Numbered from the stretch's first letter, positions 1-7,947 are shown. The stretch is DNA of 20,117 nt from a candidate division WOR-3 bacterium (GCA_039801225.1 JBDRUH010000024.1:1-20117); one strand, 5' to 3'. The notes: generated from the letters alone by a model not told the origin. Translations and numbers: made by a program.

Positions 1-128
1 CAGACACCAAATCGCACCGCCTCCTGATAGAGCGCCTCGGCGATGCGCAGATTCTCCTGATAGTCGGGCTTTTTCTTTGCCATCAATTCCTCTTCAAAGC
101 GTCTCAAGAGTTCGCGGTTCTTAATCAT
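1..128 (-). CDS. Small helical hypothetical protein, 5' part only (runs off the window); resembles small proteins found upstream of nucleotidyltransferase genes
   Basis: Manual translation from ATG at 128: MIKNRELLRRFEEELMAKKKPDYQENLRIAEALYQEAVRFGV..., open to the window edge. Preceded by TTGACT-N16-TAATAT-N6-ATG. Family resemblance is from recall, not a search. Confidence 0.7.
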   Translation of the reverse strand, partial: MIKNRELLRRFEEELMAKKKPDYQENLRIAEALYQEAVRFGV

Positions 129-134
129 TAAATT

Positions 135-162
135 ATATTAGCCTCTTCAGGAAAACAGTCAA
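135..162 (-). promoter_or_regulatory. Sigma70-like promoter, leaderless, for ORF 128..1
   Basis: TTGACT (162-157), 16-nt spacer, TAATAT (140-135), 6 nt to ATG; no SD. Confidence 0.6.
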
Positions 163-251
163 TGATATGTATAAGTCAAAATATATTTTCTGTCAGTCCA
201 GAGGGAGAATTTATATCTAAATCTACTGATTATAAGATATGTCACGAGCCG

Positions 252-356
252 CTAAAGTCCTGCCCCTTGTTGCCGGTAAGAACCGAACGGGAGGGCAACA
301 CTGCAAAAAGCAACCCCGGCGATTCTGTTCTTAGAGATCCAATTTTTATTTTTCAT
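252..356 (-). other. Candidate leaderless 34-aa small ORF or small RNA
   Basis: ATG at 356 to TAG at 252-254: MKNKNWISKNRIAGVAFCSVALPFGSYRQQGAGL. Preceded by TTGACC(391-386)-N16-TAAGAT(369-364)-N7-ATG. Confidence 0.3.
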
Positions 357-400
357 ACAATTTATCTTAAATCCGCTCTGGTGCGGGTCAAGGGTTTCAT

Positions 401-2116
401 TCAGTCCAGTTGGGGCTTGGTCTTGGCGCCTCTAATCAGCGCAATTATCGCCTCTATTACCAGCCAGACCATCAGGGCAAAGACAATCCAGCCCACGCTG
501 AACAAAAGCCAGTTGTGAGTCCTTCCATACTCCTGAATGTTTTTCACCATCGCCCAGGAGGTCATTACTACTAAAAACAGTGTGGGAATCGCTGCCACCA
601 AAGGCTTTGACTTTTTGAATGTCAGATAAAGGGTAACAACAACCAGCGCAAGACCGGCAAGGAGCTGGTTGATTGTGCCAAAGAGTGGCCAGAGGATTAA
701 CGCACCCTGACCGCCAGGTTTGACCATTGCCAGACCAAACGCCGAACCAACCGCAATCAGAGTGGCAATATGCTTGCCAGTGATAAAGTTCAAGCCGGCG
801 CTCCTGCCAAACTCTTGAACGATATAACGCTGGATTCTTGCTGCGGTGTCAATCGTTGTGCCGGCAAATGAGACGATAAAAACACCCATTATTGTCATCA
901 TCAATTCGCGGACGTATCTGCCATTGCCAAAGATATAACCCATCATATTTGAGGCACCGGTAACAAAAGCCTTGAGATTTGCCGCCATACCACTTGCTGA
1001 AGACCAGTCTGAATAATGTTGTGACCATACCGCCATTCCTGCTTCCAAACCTTTACCAATAGCGCCAAAACCGGCACCAACCGCAATCAGAACCAGTGCT
1101 GCAAGGATTCCTTCAGCAATCATTCCACCGTAACCGACCAATCGGGCATCACTCTCTTTGTTAATCTGTTTGGATGCGGTGCCTGAGGTAACAAGGGAAT
1201 GGAAACCGGAGATGGCACCGCAGGCAATCGTAACAAAAAGAAATGGCCAGACCGGTGGTGCCCCCTTTGCGGAGAGATTAAAGGCGGGCGCAACAAAGCC
1301 AAGATGACCAGGGTCGCGGATGAATGCGGCAACCGCGCCGGCAAAAATCAGAACCACGGCGACCATCAACTCATGGGAGTTGATGTAATCCCTGGGCTGA
1401 AGCAGGGTTTCTACTGGCAGGACCGAGGCAACATAGGCATAAACCATCAGAATCACAATCCAGATGACAACCGCATTGTTGCCAGGAATACTCAAGGGAA
1501 TCAAAACGCCTAAAGCCACGGTGGCATACATCGCCAAAAGTGCAATCCAGGACCAAAGTTCCAGGCTTTTACCCTTCTTGAAAACCATATAGGACAAGGT
1601 TATTGCAATCGGTATCTCCATCCAGATGGGGAAAACCGAACTGGGATACATCTTGAAAAGAATCCCCATAATCATTGCGAAGATGGCAATAACCACCCAG
1701 ACTTCAAGGAAGATTATCGCCATAAAAAGAAACTTTGCCCTTTTGCCGATTACCCGGGTGGTGATTTCACCGATGGAAAGCCCCTTGTTTCTGATTGACA
1801 GAACCAGCGAGGAAAAGTCGTGGACACCGCCGAAGAAAACCGTTCCCAATGTTATCCAGAGCAAAGCCGGCACCCAACCCCAGATGACACCAATTGCAGG
1901 TCCGACAATCGGACCGAGACCGGCGATTGATGTAAAGTTATGACCCCAGACAACCCAGCGGTTGCTCGGGACATAATCACGGTCATCCCGGAAGGTGTGT
2001 GCCGGTGTCGGTCTGGAGTCGTCTAAACGGAAAACACTGCGGGAGAGAAACCCGCCGTAAATCCGATAGAAGAGTAAAAACCAAACAGCAGCCAAGACAA
2101 ATATTAAAAATGCCAT
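401..2116 (-). CDS. cstA: Carbon starvation protein A family membrane transporter (peptide/pyruvate)
   Basis: CstA motifs PTPAH..D..DYVP, GHNFTSIAGLGPIVGP, GGVHDF, LLQPRDYIN, PFLFVTIACGAISGFHSL, LWPLFGTINQLLA; many TM segments. The SD AAGGAGGA favours ATG 2116 (7-nt spacing) over ATG 2122. Confidence 0.95.
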   Translation of the reverse strand: MAFLIFVLAAVWFLLFYRIYGGFLSRSVFRLDDSRPTPAHTFRDDRDYVPSNRWVVWGHNFTSIAGLGPIVGPAIGVIWGWVPALLWITLGTVFFGGVHDFSSLVLSIRNKGLSIGEITTRVIGKRAKFLFMAIIFLEVWVVIAIFAMIMGILFKMYPSSVFPIWMEIPIAITLSYMVFKKGKSLELWSWIALLAMYATVALGVLIPLSIPGNNAVVIWIVILMVYAYVASVLPVETLLQPRDYINSHELMVAVVLIFAGAVAAFIRDPGHLGFVAPAFNLSAKGAPPVWPFLFVTIACGAISGFHSLVTSGTASKQINKESDARLVGYGGMIAEGILAALVLIAVGAGFGAIGKGLEAGMAVWSQHYSDWSSASGMAANLKAFVTGASNMMGYIFGNGRYVRELMMTIMGVFIVSFAGTTIDTAARIQRYIVQEFGRSAGLNFITGKHIATLIAVGSAFGLAMVKPGGQGALILWPLFGTINQLLAGLALVVVTLYLTFKKSKPLVAAIPTLFLVVMTSWAMVKNIQEYGRTHNWLLFSVGWIVFALMVWLVIEAIIALIRGAKTKPQLD

Positions 2117-2130
2117 TGACATTCCTCCTT

Positions 2131-2180
2131 GTGATTAAAAATCACGGATTTTAAAATACCGAAAGTCGCCTCTTTGTCAA
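2131..2180 (-). promoter_or_regulatory. cstA promoter with an operator-like palindrome in the leader
   Basis: TTGACA(2180-2175)-N16-TATTTT(2158-2153); inverted repeat GTGATT-AAA-AATCAC at 2131-2145 directly upstream of the SD. Confidence 0.55.
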
Positions 2181-2259
2181 CAATAAAATCTTTTGCACCA
2201 AGAAAGCGTTACCGGGGACGGCGCGGGTGGTAGGGGGACTCTTGTTTCAGTATGTTCGG

Positions 2260-2287
2260 TTGACTGATTAAATGGATTTCCTACAAT
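2260..2287 (+). promoter_or_regulatory. Sigma70-like promoter, leaderless, for the ligase operon
   Basis: TTGACT(2260-2265)-N16-TACAAT(2282-2287)-N6-ATG(2294); no SD. Confidence 0.7.
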
Positions 2288-2293
2288 CCAGTT

Positions 2294-2935
2294 ATGGGTA
2301 AGTTAGACCAGACTGGATTTCCAAAGGCGGATTTGAGATTCACTTTAACCGGTCCGGTGTGGTTGATGCAACCAATTCCATATTTTGGCGAGCCAGTTGA
2401 TGCCGGTTGGATTTATGAGCCGAAGTTTGATGGCTGGCGGCTGCAGATAATAAGATACCAGGATGGTAGGTTGGAATGTTGGGGTAGAAGGCTGGAAAAG
2501 AAGCCAAACTGGACCGAGAGGCTAAATCAAGTGGCCGGGCAAATTAAGGAGATTTTACCTCCTGGGTCTATTATAGATTGCGAGTTGACAACTAAGAATG
2601 GTCGCCGGTTCATCCCTTCACTTTTTGCCAAGAGTCCCAATGTGGCGCCTTTAATCTATATTTTTGATGTTATCTTTTATGAGAATGAGTTTGTTGGTGA
2701 TAAGCCATTGCTGGAGCGGAAGCGGATTATCCAAAAATTCCACTTATCAGCACCGTTTCAAATTACGGTTTGGCAACCGGTTAAGGATATTGCTCTCCAT
2801 CTAAGGGAATCGTTGAGCCAGGGTTATGAAGGGATAGTAATAAAACATTTGAACTCGCCATATGTCATTTGTCAAGATGGTCCTCTTGCAACTGAGTATT
2901 GGCGCAAAATTAAATCGGTGTTAATTAGAAGATAA
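2294..2935 (+). CDS. ATP-dependent DNA/RNA ligase family protein, nucleotidyltransferase (adenylation) domain only
   Basis: Motif I EPKFDGWR (K44), III IIDCEL, IIIa YIFDVI, IV EGIVIK, V WRKIK. The protein stops 6 residues after motif V, so there is no OB domain. Confidence 0.85.
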   Translation: MGKLDQTGFPKADLRFTLTGPVWLMQPIPYFGEPVDAGWIYEPKFDGWRLQIIRYQDGRLECWGRRLEKKPNWTERLNQVAGQIKEILPPGSIIDCELTTKNGRRFIPSLFAKSPNVAPLIYIFDVIFYENEFVGDKPLLERKRIIQKFHLSAPFQITVWQPVKDIALHLRESLSQGYEGIVIKHLNSPYVICQDGPLATEYWRKIKSVLIRR

Positions 2936-2936
2936 G

Positions 2937-3425
2937 ATGGCGGTAGGTAGGTTTCAAGTGATGGCAACCCTTCAGGCTGCCCGTGCCTATGTATTAGGTT
3001 TAGAACTTGAGTCAGCCAAGAGTTGGGGTCTGAATCGGGCGATATTTTATGCCGCAGCGAAAAAGGGTTTTATTACCGCCAGACCTGGACCACCTACTTT
3101 AAAAATTGCTGGCGCCAAGAAAGGGGTAGAAGAAATTAAAAAGTCTTTCGGGGTTTATCATTTAGGTGATGAGATGGCATATAAAGTGGAGATAGCAGGT
3201 AAAACTTTCTTTACCATCGGGTCAGAGGTTCAAACTCCAGAGCATTTCGCAAAAGAGGTTGAGAGCCGGTTTAAAGGTAAATTTGATGAGGCGTTTAAAG
3301 AGGCGGTTGAGATTATGAAAAAATATGATAAGGGTGTGCTTATGTCCCAGCACTACTTCTATGAGACGGTCTACAAACCCCGCCGGGACGAACTGGCAGA
3401 AAGGTGGACAGGATTGACGAAGTAG
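2937..3425 (+). CDS. Hypothetical protein, 162 aa, basic N-terminal half, coupled to the ligase gene
   Basis: Starts 1 nt after the ligase stop. Conserved-looking blocks GRFQVMATLQAARAY, AKSWGLNRAIFYAAAK, FYETVYKPRRDEL. Confidence 0.85.
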   Translation: MAVGRFQVMATLQAARAYVLGLELESAKSWGLNRAIFYAAAKKGFITARPGPPTLKIAGAKKGVEEIKKSFGVYHLGDEMAYKVEIAGKTFFTIGSEVQTPEHFAKEVESRFKGKFDEAFKEAVEIMKKYDKGVLMSQHYFYETVYKPRRDELAERWTGLTK

Positions 3426-3478
3426 TCAACGCCTAATTATTCCTATACAACCCAAAACCCAGAACCGACAATAAGTGG

Positions 3479-3554
3479 TACGCCCCCGGAGCAAGGAGGT
3501 ATTGATGTTCTGGTGGTGTTTAGGGAGGATGATGAATATATCTCCGGGGGCGTA
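3479..3554. repeat. 76-nt element bounded by perfect 13-bp inverted repeats, abutting the tRNA-Ala 3' end
   Basis: TACGCCCCCGGAG (3479-3491) / CTCCGGGGGCGTA (3542-3554), 50-nt loop, flanked on both sides by TGG (CCA on the tRNA strand). Confidence 0.9.
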
Positions 3555-3627
3555 TGGAGCTGACCAGATTCGAACTGGCGACCCCCTGCTTGCAAAGCAG
3601 GTGCTCTCCCAGCTGAGCTACAGCCCC
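3555..3627 (-). tRNA. tRNA-Ala (anticodon UGC); CCA not contiguous with the gene
   Basis: GGGGCTGTAGCTCAGCTGGGAGAGCACCTGCTTTGCAAGCAGGGGGTCGCCAGTTCGAATCTGGTCAGCTCCA: cloverleaf, G3:U70 alanine identity pair, TTCGAAT T-loop, discriminator A73. Confidence 0.98.
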
Positions 3628-3636
3628 CTGGTAATT

Positions 3637-3664
3637 ATTATATTTTTAAAAGTTCTACTGTCAA
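3637..3664 (-). promoter_or_regulatory. Consensus sigma70 promoter of tRNA-Ala
   Basis: TTGACA(3664-3659)-N16-TATAAT(3642-3637). Confidence 0.85.
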
Positions 3665-3696
3665 TATAGAAAATTTGCCCTCACCCTATCGTTTCC

Positions 3697-6498
3697 TTAA
3701 AGGAGAGAAGAAGGGAGTTGATTTCGCGCCATTCGGGTGAATCTTGGTGAAAAATTGAGCATTTCGCTTTCCAATCTTAGATAAAACTGGTGGGAAACTT
3801 TTGGTGTGAGTCCTATCGCGCCACCGGTGGCGAAGTTAATCGGTAGATAATGGAAAATGAGGAAGTCAAACCGTAGTTCCAGTCCAACACCGCTGCGCCA
3901 AGGGATTGATTCGGGTTTATGGATACAGGAGTGGAAGGATGAGACTGCCATGCCCGCATCCCAGAATAGCGCAGCGTTGATGTTGCGAAAGAACACCGGG
4001 GTTGTGCCGATGCCGCGCTCAGCCCAAAAAAGTGGTATCCGGAACTGAATTCCACCGGCAAGAATATTTGAGCCGGATGGAAAAGAATCGGTTGAAGGGT
4101 ATCCCCTTACGGTAAATAGACCTGATGAGTTGGATAAGGAGAAGGCGGTGAGCCGGGAGGAGTCGCCGAAGGCGCTGCCGAAGGTTAACTTTATTCTTCC
4201 GCTCCAGGTGGCAGGCGGACGTCCGATATATTCTGCCCAATATCCAACCAGCCGAATGAGGTTATTTTTTCCCGCTAATGGCTTTGTTTCCATATTGGTA
4301 AAGATACCCAGATTTCTTCCTTGAACCGGCGCTACGCAGAAACGGAAGGTCTGGTCATTATTGAAGCCCCAGAAACCATCAAACATTAAATTCATCCTAT
4401 CAGTCCTATTCTCAGAATTTACTCCAAAACCAATCGCTTGGGTCCAGCGGGTGGTGTAAAAAGGCAGGTAAATACCTATCCTGTCTTTCTGTGCTTCGGA
4501 GACAAAATCGGCATCAAACTGGATAATCGGGCGATAGCGATGCAACTCATAGCCAAATTGGCAAAATGGCGTCTTGGTATTAAACCTATATCCGGCTATC
4601 AACCAGTATTTGTGGAATTGTAATACATCCCATCCAAAGGAAAGGCCACCCAACTCTTTTTCCCTATTGGTGTAAGACAACCAGGGAAGCCAGAATTTGG
4701 GTAAAAGGCTCGGGTAAGGGTGGTAATAGTAGAGTTCTCCCTTGACCGCTACCGGCTGTTGTATCTTTTCTGGATAAGGGTCTTTGAACTCTTCTGCTTC
4801 GTGCCACTCCTTAAATTTCAGGTCAATGATTCCGATGTCATAACCGTTGGCAGAATATGATACCAGAGCGATTTTTTTGTTATCCGGAGAAACTGCTGGT
4901 TCAAATACGCCGTATTGAACATTGGTGCAGCGATAAAGTTTTTTGCTTTCAACTCCATAGGCATAGAGGTTATAAATTCCGGTTCGGTCCGATATGAAGA
5001 AGAGAAACTTGCCTGTCCTTGACCAAGCGGGATAAAGGTCATTGGCCCGGTCTTGGGTAATAGGAATTGTCCAGCCAGTTTTGAGGTCAATCAACTCAAT
5101 GTCAGCATATCCTCCTGGTCGCCAAACCCCTACCGCAAGGAGTCTACCTCCTGGGGAGAACTTTGGCTGGTGATACAGGGTTTTATCTTCTCCTTCGCAT
5201 ATCACCTGTTGCTCCCCGTTGTTTAAGTCCAAAATTACCAGTTCGTGCTTCCCTGAGAAGTTACGAACATATACTAAGAGGTTAGAGTCTGGAGCAAAAT
5301 CCGGGTCCTGCGCCCTTTCATTAAAGGTCAACTGTCGGACTTTTTTCGTCTCAAACTCGTAGAGGAAAATTTCGTTTTCTTCATAGCCGTTCTCTTTCAA
5401 AAGAGTCTGGGTAAAGGCAAGCCAGCGTCCATCAAAAGAGGTGGCTAAACTACCAGTTACTCTACCCCGGTATAAGACGGTGGTAGTCAATGCACCGAGG
5501 TTCAAAGCCTTGATCGCCGGCTCCTCTCTTGCAGTAAGGCAAAGATAGTAAACTTCCGCGCCATTACGAGACCAACATGGTGAACTAATGTTATAACCTT
5601 CGTAGGTAAGTGGTTTAACATTAGTTATTGGAATTTTTTTCAACTCTTTCTCAATTGAATCTACCCAAGGGATGAGTTCTTTCTGCCAGTTCTGCCAAAG
5701 AAAAGGGAAATGGGCACCAAACACCTTTTTTGCTACTCGGTTCTCAAAAAATGGTAACTGATGGGCGTTAAGAAGGTTAAACCTTTCCCAACTCAGACCG
5801 GAGTGTTTGCGGACGAGGTGCTCAAAAAAGTTGCTTCCGTAGAGATAGGGGGCGAGTGCATTTGGATAGGTTTGAAGGAAGTAACTACCACACCGGTCAA
5901 TAGGCAAAAGTCTATTTTCCTTAACCGCTGCCCTGAGCATCATCTGCCACTCAGCGCTCCGTAGGCGTCCAAAGTTGCTGAAGCGGGTTTCGTTATAGAT
6001 GCAATAGCCTTCTAAGAGCCAGGTAGGCAGCAGGGCATTGGGTAAAACCACTCTACCAAACACCCGGCGAAAGAGATTGTTTACTCCGGCGCATTTATCC
6101 ATCTGAAGGATGTGGGAGTATTCGTGGAGGATTAAACCCCTAAGCCAGTTCTCCTCATTTGTTCGGCTGCCGCTTGGTGGTGTTGGAATTATGGTAATCG
6201 TGTTTTCCGGTAACGGAACCGCCCAGCCGTTATAAGAATCTAAAAAATCGGCAATAATCAGGTTCACCTTGCCTTTTGGAGATAACCCAAGGCTATCAAG
6301 AAATGTTTTATGAACCTCTTCAGCAATACCGGCTACTTCCTGGGCAAACGCTATTTTCTCTTCGGTAAGAATGCCCTTGGCTGAGAAGTGGATGGAGAAG
6401 TTATCGGTTTGTAGGGTGTACCAGGAGCGGTTCGGGTCAAATGTAAAACTTGGCGGAGAGATAATACCGAAAAGGAGAATGGTTAAGAAAAGGTTCAT
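3697..6498 (-). CDS. Outer-membrane protein: signal peptide, zincin-like peptidase domain, TolB/PD40-like beta-propeller, Omp85/BamA-like barrel
   Basis: Hydrophobic N-terminus [17 protein letters not shown]...WLLEG zincin motif; repeated SP.WS/P.FSP/FISDRTGIYNLY blades; C-terminal amphipathic strands with VRGY and SGVGLELRF. ATG 6498 overlaps the truD stop (ATGA), so it is preferred over 6516. Confidence 0.8.
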   Translation of the reverse strand: MNLFLTILLFGIISPPSFTFDPNRSWYTLQTDNFSIHFSAKGILTEEKIAFAQEVAGIAEEVHKTFLDSLGLSPKGKVNLIIADFLDSYNGWAVPLPENTITIIPTPPSGSRTNEENWLRGLILHEYSHILQMDKCAGVNNLFRRVFGRVVLPNALLPTWLLEGYCIYNETRFSNFGRLRSAEWQMMLRAAVKENRLLPIDRCGSYFLQTYPNALAPYLYGSNFFEHLVRKHSGLSWERFNLLNAHQLPFFENRVAKKVFGAHFPFLWQNWQKELIPWVDSIEKELKKIPITNVKPLTYEGYNISSPCWSRNGAEVYYLCLTAREEPAIKALNLGALTTTVLYRGRVTGSLATSFDGRWLAFTQTLLKENGYEENEIFLYEFETKKVRQLTFNERAQDPDFAPDSNLLVYVRNFSGKHELVILDLNNGEQQVICEGEDKTLYHQPKFSPGGRLLAVGVWRPGGYADIELIDLKTGWTIPITQDRANDLYPAWSRTGKFLFFISDRTGIYNLYAYGVESKKLYRCTNVQYGVFEPAVSPDNKKIALVSYSANGYDIGIIDLKFKEWHEAEEFKDPYPEKIQQPVAVKGELYYYHPYPSLLPKFWLPWLSYTNREKELGGLSFGWDVLQFHKYWLIAGYRFNTKTPFCQFGYELHRYRPIIQFDADFVSEAQKDRIGIYLPFYTTRWTQAIGFGVNSENRTDRMNLMFDGFWGFNNDQTFRFCVAPVQGRNLGIFTNMETKPLAGKNNLIRLVGYWAEYIGRPPATWSGRIKLTFGSAFGDSSRLTAFSLSNSSGLFTVRGYPSTDSFPSGSNILAGGIQFRIPLFWAERGIGTTPVFFRNINAALFWDAGMAVSSFHSCIHKPESIPWRSGVGLELRFDFLIFHYLPINFATGGAIGLTPKVSHQFYLRLESEMLNFSPRFTRMARNQLPSSLL

Positions 6499-7658
6499 TG
6501 TGGAGATGAGGCACAAAGCCTTTTAATAAGAATCGTCGCATAAGAACCACTGGGCAGGATGAAGGAAAGGGTCAATTTGCTTTTTTTAGGATAGAGTTCA
6601 TCCGGTTCAAGTGCACCCACCTTCAGATGGCGAGGGAATACGATTGCGGCTCGTTCATAAGGCTTAAAGAAAACCCCTTTAATACGAAACTTAAGTTTTA
6701 ATTGTTTTAGTTCCAGGTCTTCCTTTTGAAGAACTTCATTAGTTATTCGGGCTACCCGTTCGCTCTTAAACTCTGCCTTTGGTGCTGGTGCCGGTATGAC
6801 CAGCCGGGTGAGATATTTTACTTCTTCTGAAGAAAGGGATTCATAAAAAATCAGTTTACCAAAACCATAGGGAACGGTAATTTTTCCTAAACCCATTTCC
6901 ATTAAGAGGGTGGCCATAACCTCATTCCATAGCCAAGACTGATAGGCGTTGATAAACAGTTCCAACAGGGATTTGGGGATAAGTTGCACCGCACCAAGGA
7001 AATCCCTGGGGTGTTCTCTTAGATATTGAAAAATCGGCTTTCCCTCAAATGGGGCAAATTCGTAGCATTTCTCCCAGTTGCCCCAGTTGAGTGCCAACAG
7101 CCGCTTCTGTTTCTTGGCATTGGAGTCATCGTCAGCGCTGGGGGTGGCAAGAAAAAGTTTCAAGGCACCGTTATAATGTCCCTCAATCAACTTTCGGGCA
7201 ATAAAACCTTTACCGTGCCGGGCAGAACCGAGCCTCTGCTCATCATAGTAGTTGGAAAAACCGAAGCGCTTTACAGTGGTAAGAGAATGTTTGAGCGTTT
7301 CAATTTCGGTTTCATTTAGAGAGCGGATGATGATATTAAACCGGTTACCTACGAGGACATCTCTGGTAACCGGCTCATCCGCCATCCCTACTAAGAGAAG
7401 GGAATAGTTGTCCTCGGTAATTTTTTTCGGTCCCTTACCCAGTAAAGAGAGATACTGAATTGAATGGGAATACCGGTCTTTGAGTCCGGCCCTGGAGAGA
7501 TTTTTCAGACCGTAGCGGTATTTTAGCCTGTGGATAAGGTCTAATGTATTCCAGTAGCGCTTTTCTAAGCGATAGATTGAATATTGCCCTTTGGGTTTCA
7601 GAGCAAGACGGATTATTTCTTCAACCCGAAAATCTTCGGGGCGACACTTGATTTTCAT
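6495..7658 (-). CDS. truD: tRNA pseudouridine(13) synthase TruD
   Basis: [20 protein letters not shown] (catalytic Asp), [31 protein letters not shown]. Start at 7658 by ATGA overlap with the upstream gene. Confidence 0.93.
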   Translation of the reverse strand: MKIKCRPEDFRVEEIIRLALKPKGQYSIYRLEKRYWNTLDLIHRLKYRYGLKNLSRAGLKDRYSHSIQYLSLLGKGPKKITEDNYSLLLVGMADEPVTRDVLVGNRFNIIIRSLNETEIETLKHSLTTVKRFGFSNYYDEQRLGSARHGKGFIARKLIEGHYNGALKLFLATPSADDDSNAKKQKRLLALNWGNWEKCYEFAPFEGKPIFQYLREHPRDFLGAVQLIPKSLLELFINAYQSWLWNEVMATLLMEMGLGKITVPYGFGKLIFYESLSSEEVKYLTRLVIPAPAPKAEFKSERVARITNEVLQKEDLELKQLKLKFRIKGVFFKPYERAAIVFPRHLKVGALEPDELYPKKSKLTLSFILPSGSYATILIKRLCASSPQ

Positions 7659-7933
7659 CCGCGGATGTTGCGGAGAATTAGGAGGATGCCAAGAGTAATA
7701 AAACCCAAACCAGCAACAAACTGAATCCAACGAAAGGGCAGAATTCGAGCGAGATTGCTCCCGAGGAGGGCAACAACCAGTGAACTCAAGGTAAGCGCCA
7801 AGGTGCTGCCCAGAAATACGCTCCAGAAGGATTTGAATCCAGCGGCAAAGGATAATGTTGCCAACTGAGTTTTATCGCCCAATTCGGCAAGGAATACCGC
7901 GGCGAATGTCGTTAGAAAGGTTCTTAATTCCAT
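7655..7933 (-). CDS. TMEM165/GDT1 (UPF0016) family cation (Mn2+/Ca2+) transporter, single-repeat form
   Basis: One ELGDKTQL motif and three TM helices in 92 aa; SD GGAGG 5 nt before ATG 7933. Confidence 0.9.
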   Translation of the reverse strand: MELRTFLTTFAAVFLAELGDKTQLATLSFAAGFKSFWSVFLGSTLALTLSSLVVALLGSNLARILPFRWIQFVAGLGFITLGILLILRNIRG

Positions 7934-7947
7934 TAACACCTCCGTTA

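Noticed and set aside
371..388. Short hairpin after the cstA stop as a terminator
   Set aside because: Only 4-6 bp of stem and no convincing U-tract on the cstA strand.
162..518. 118-aa plus-strand ORF
   Set aside because: Overlaps the cstA 3' end on the opposite strand; no SD, promoter or recognisable motif.
2214..2237. G-rich tract between the divergent cstA and ligase promoters (possible G-quadruplex)
   Set aside because: Only three runs of three or more G; no other support.
3414..3441. TTGAC-N6-GTCAA palindrome as a promoter at the end of the 162-aa gene
   Set aside because: No TANNNT box at 16-17 nt on either strand.
3475..3669. 64-aa plus-strand ORF with a strong SD (AAGGAGGT) before ATG 3505
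   Set aside because: It runs antisense through the whole tRNA and its promoter, and no matching plus-strand promoter was found. The SD is better explained by the hairpin loop motif. Not fully excluded without Ribo-seq.
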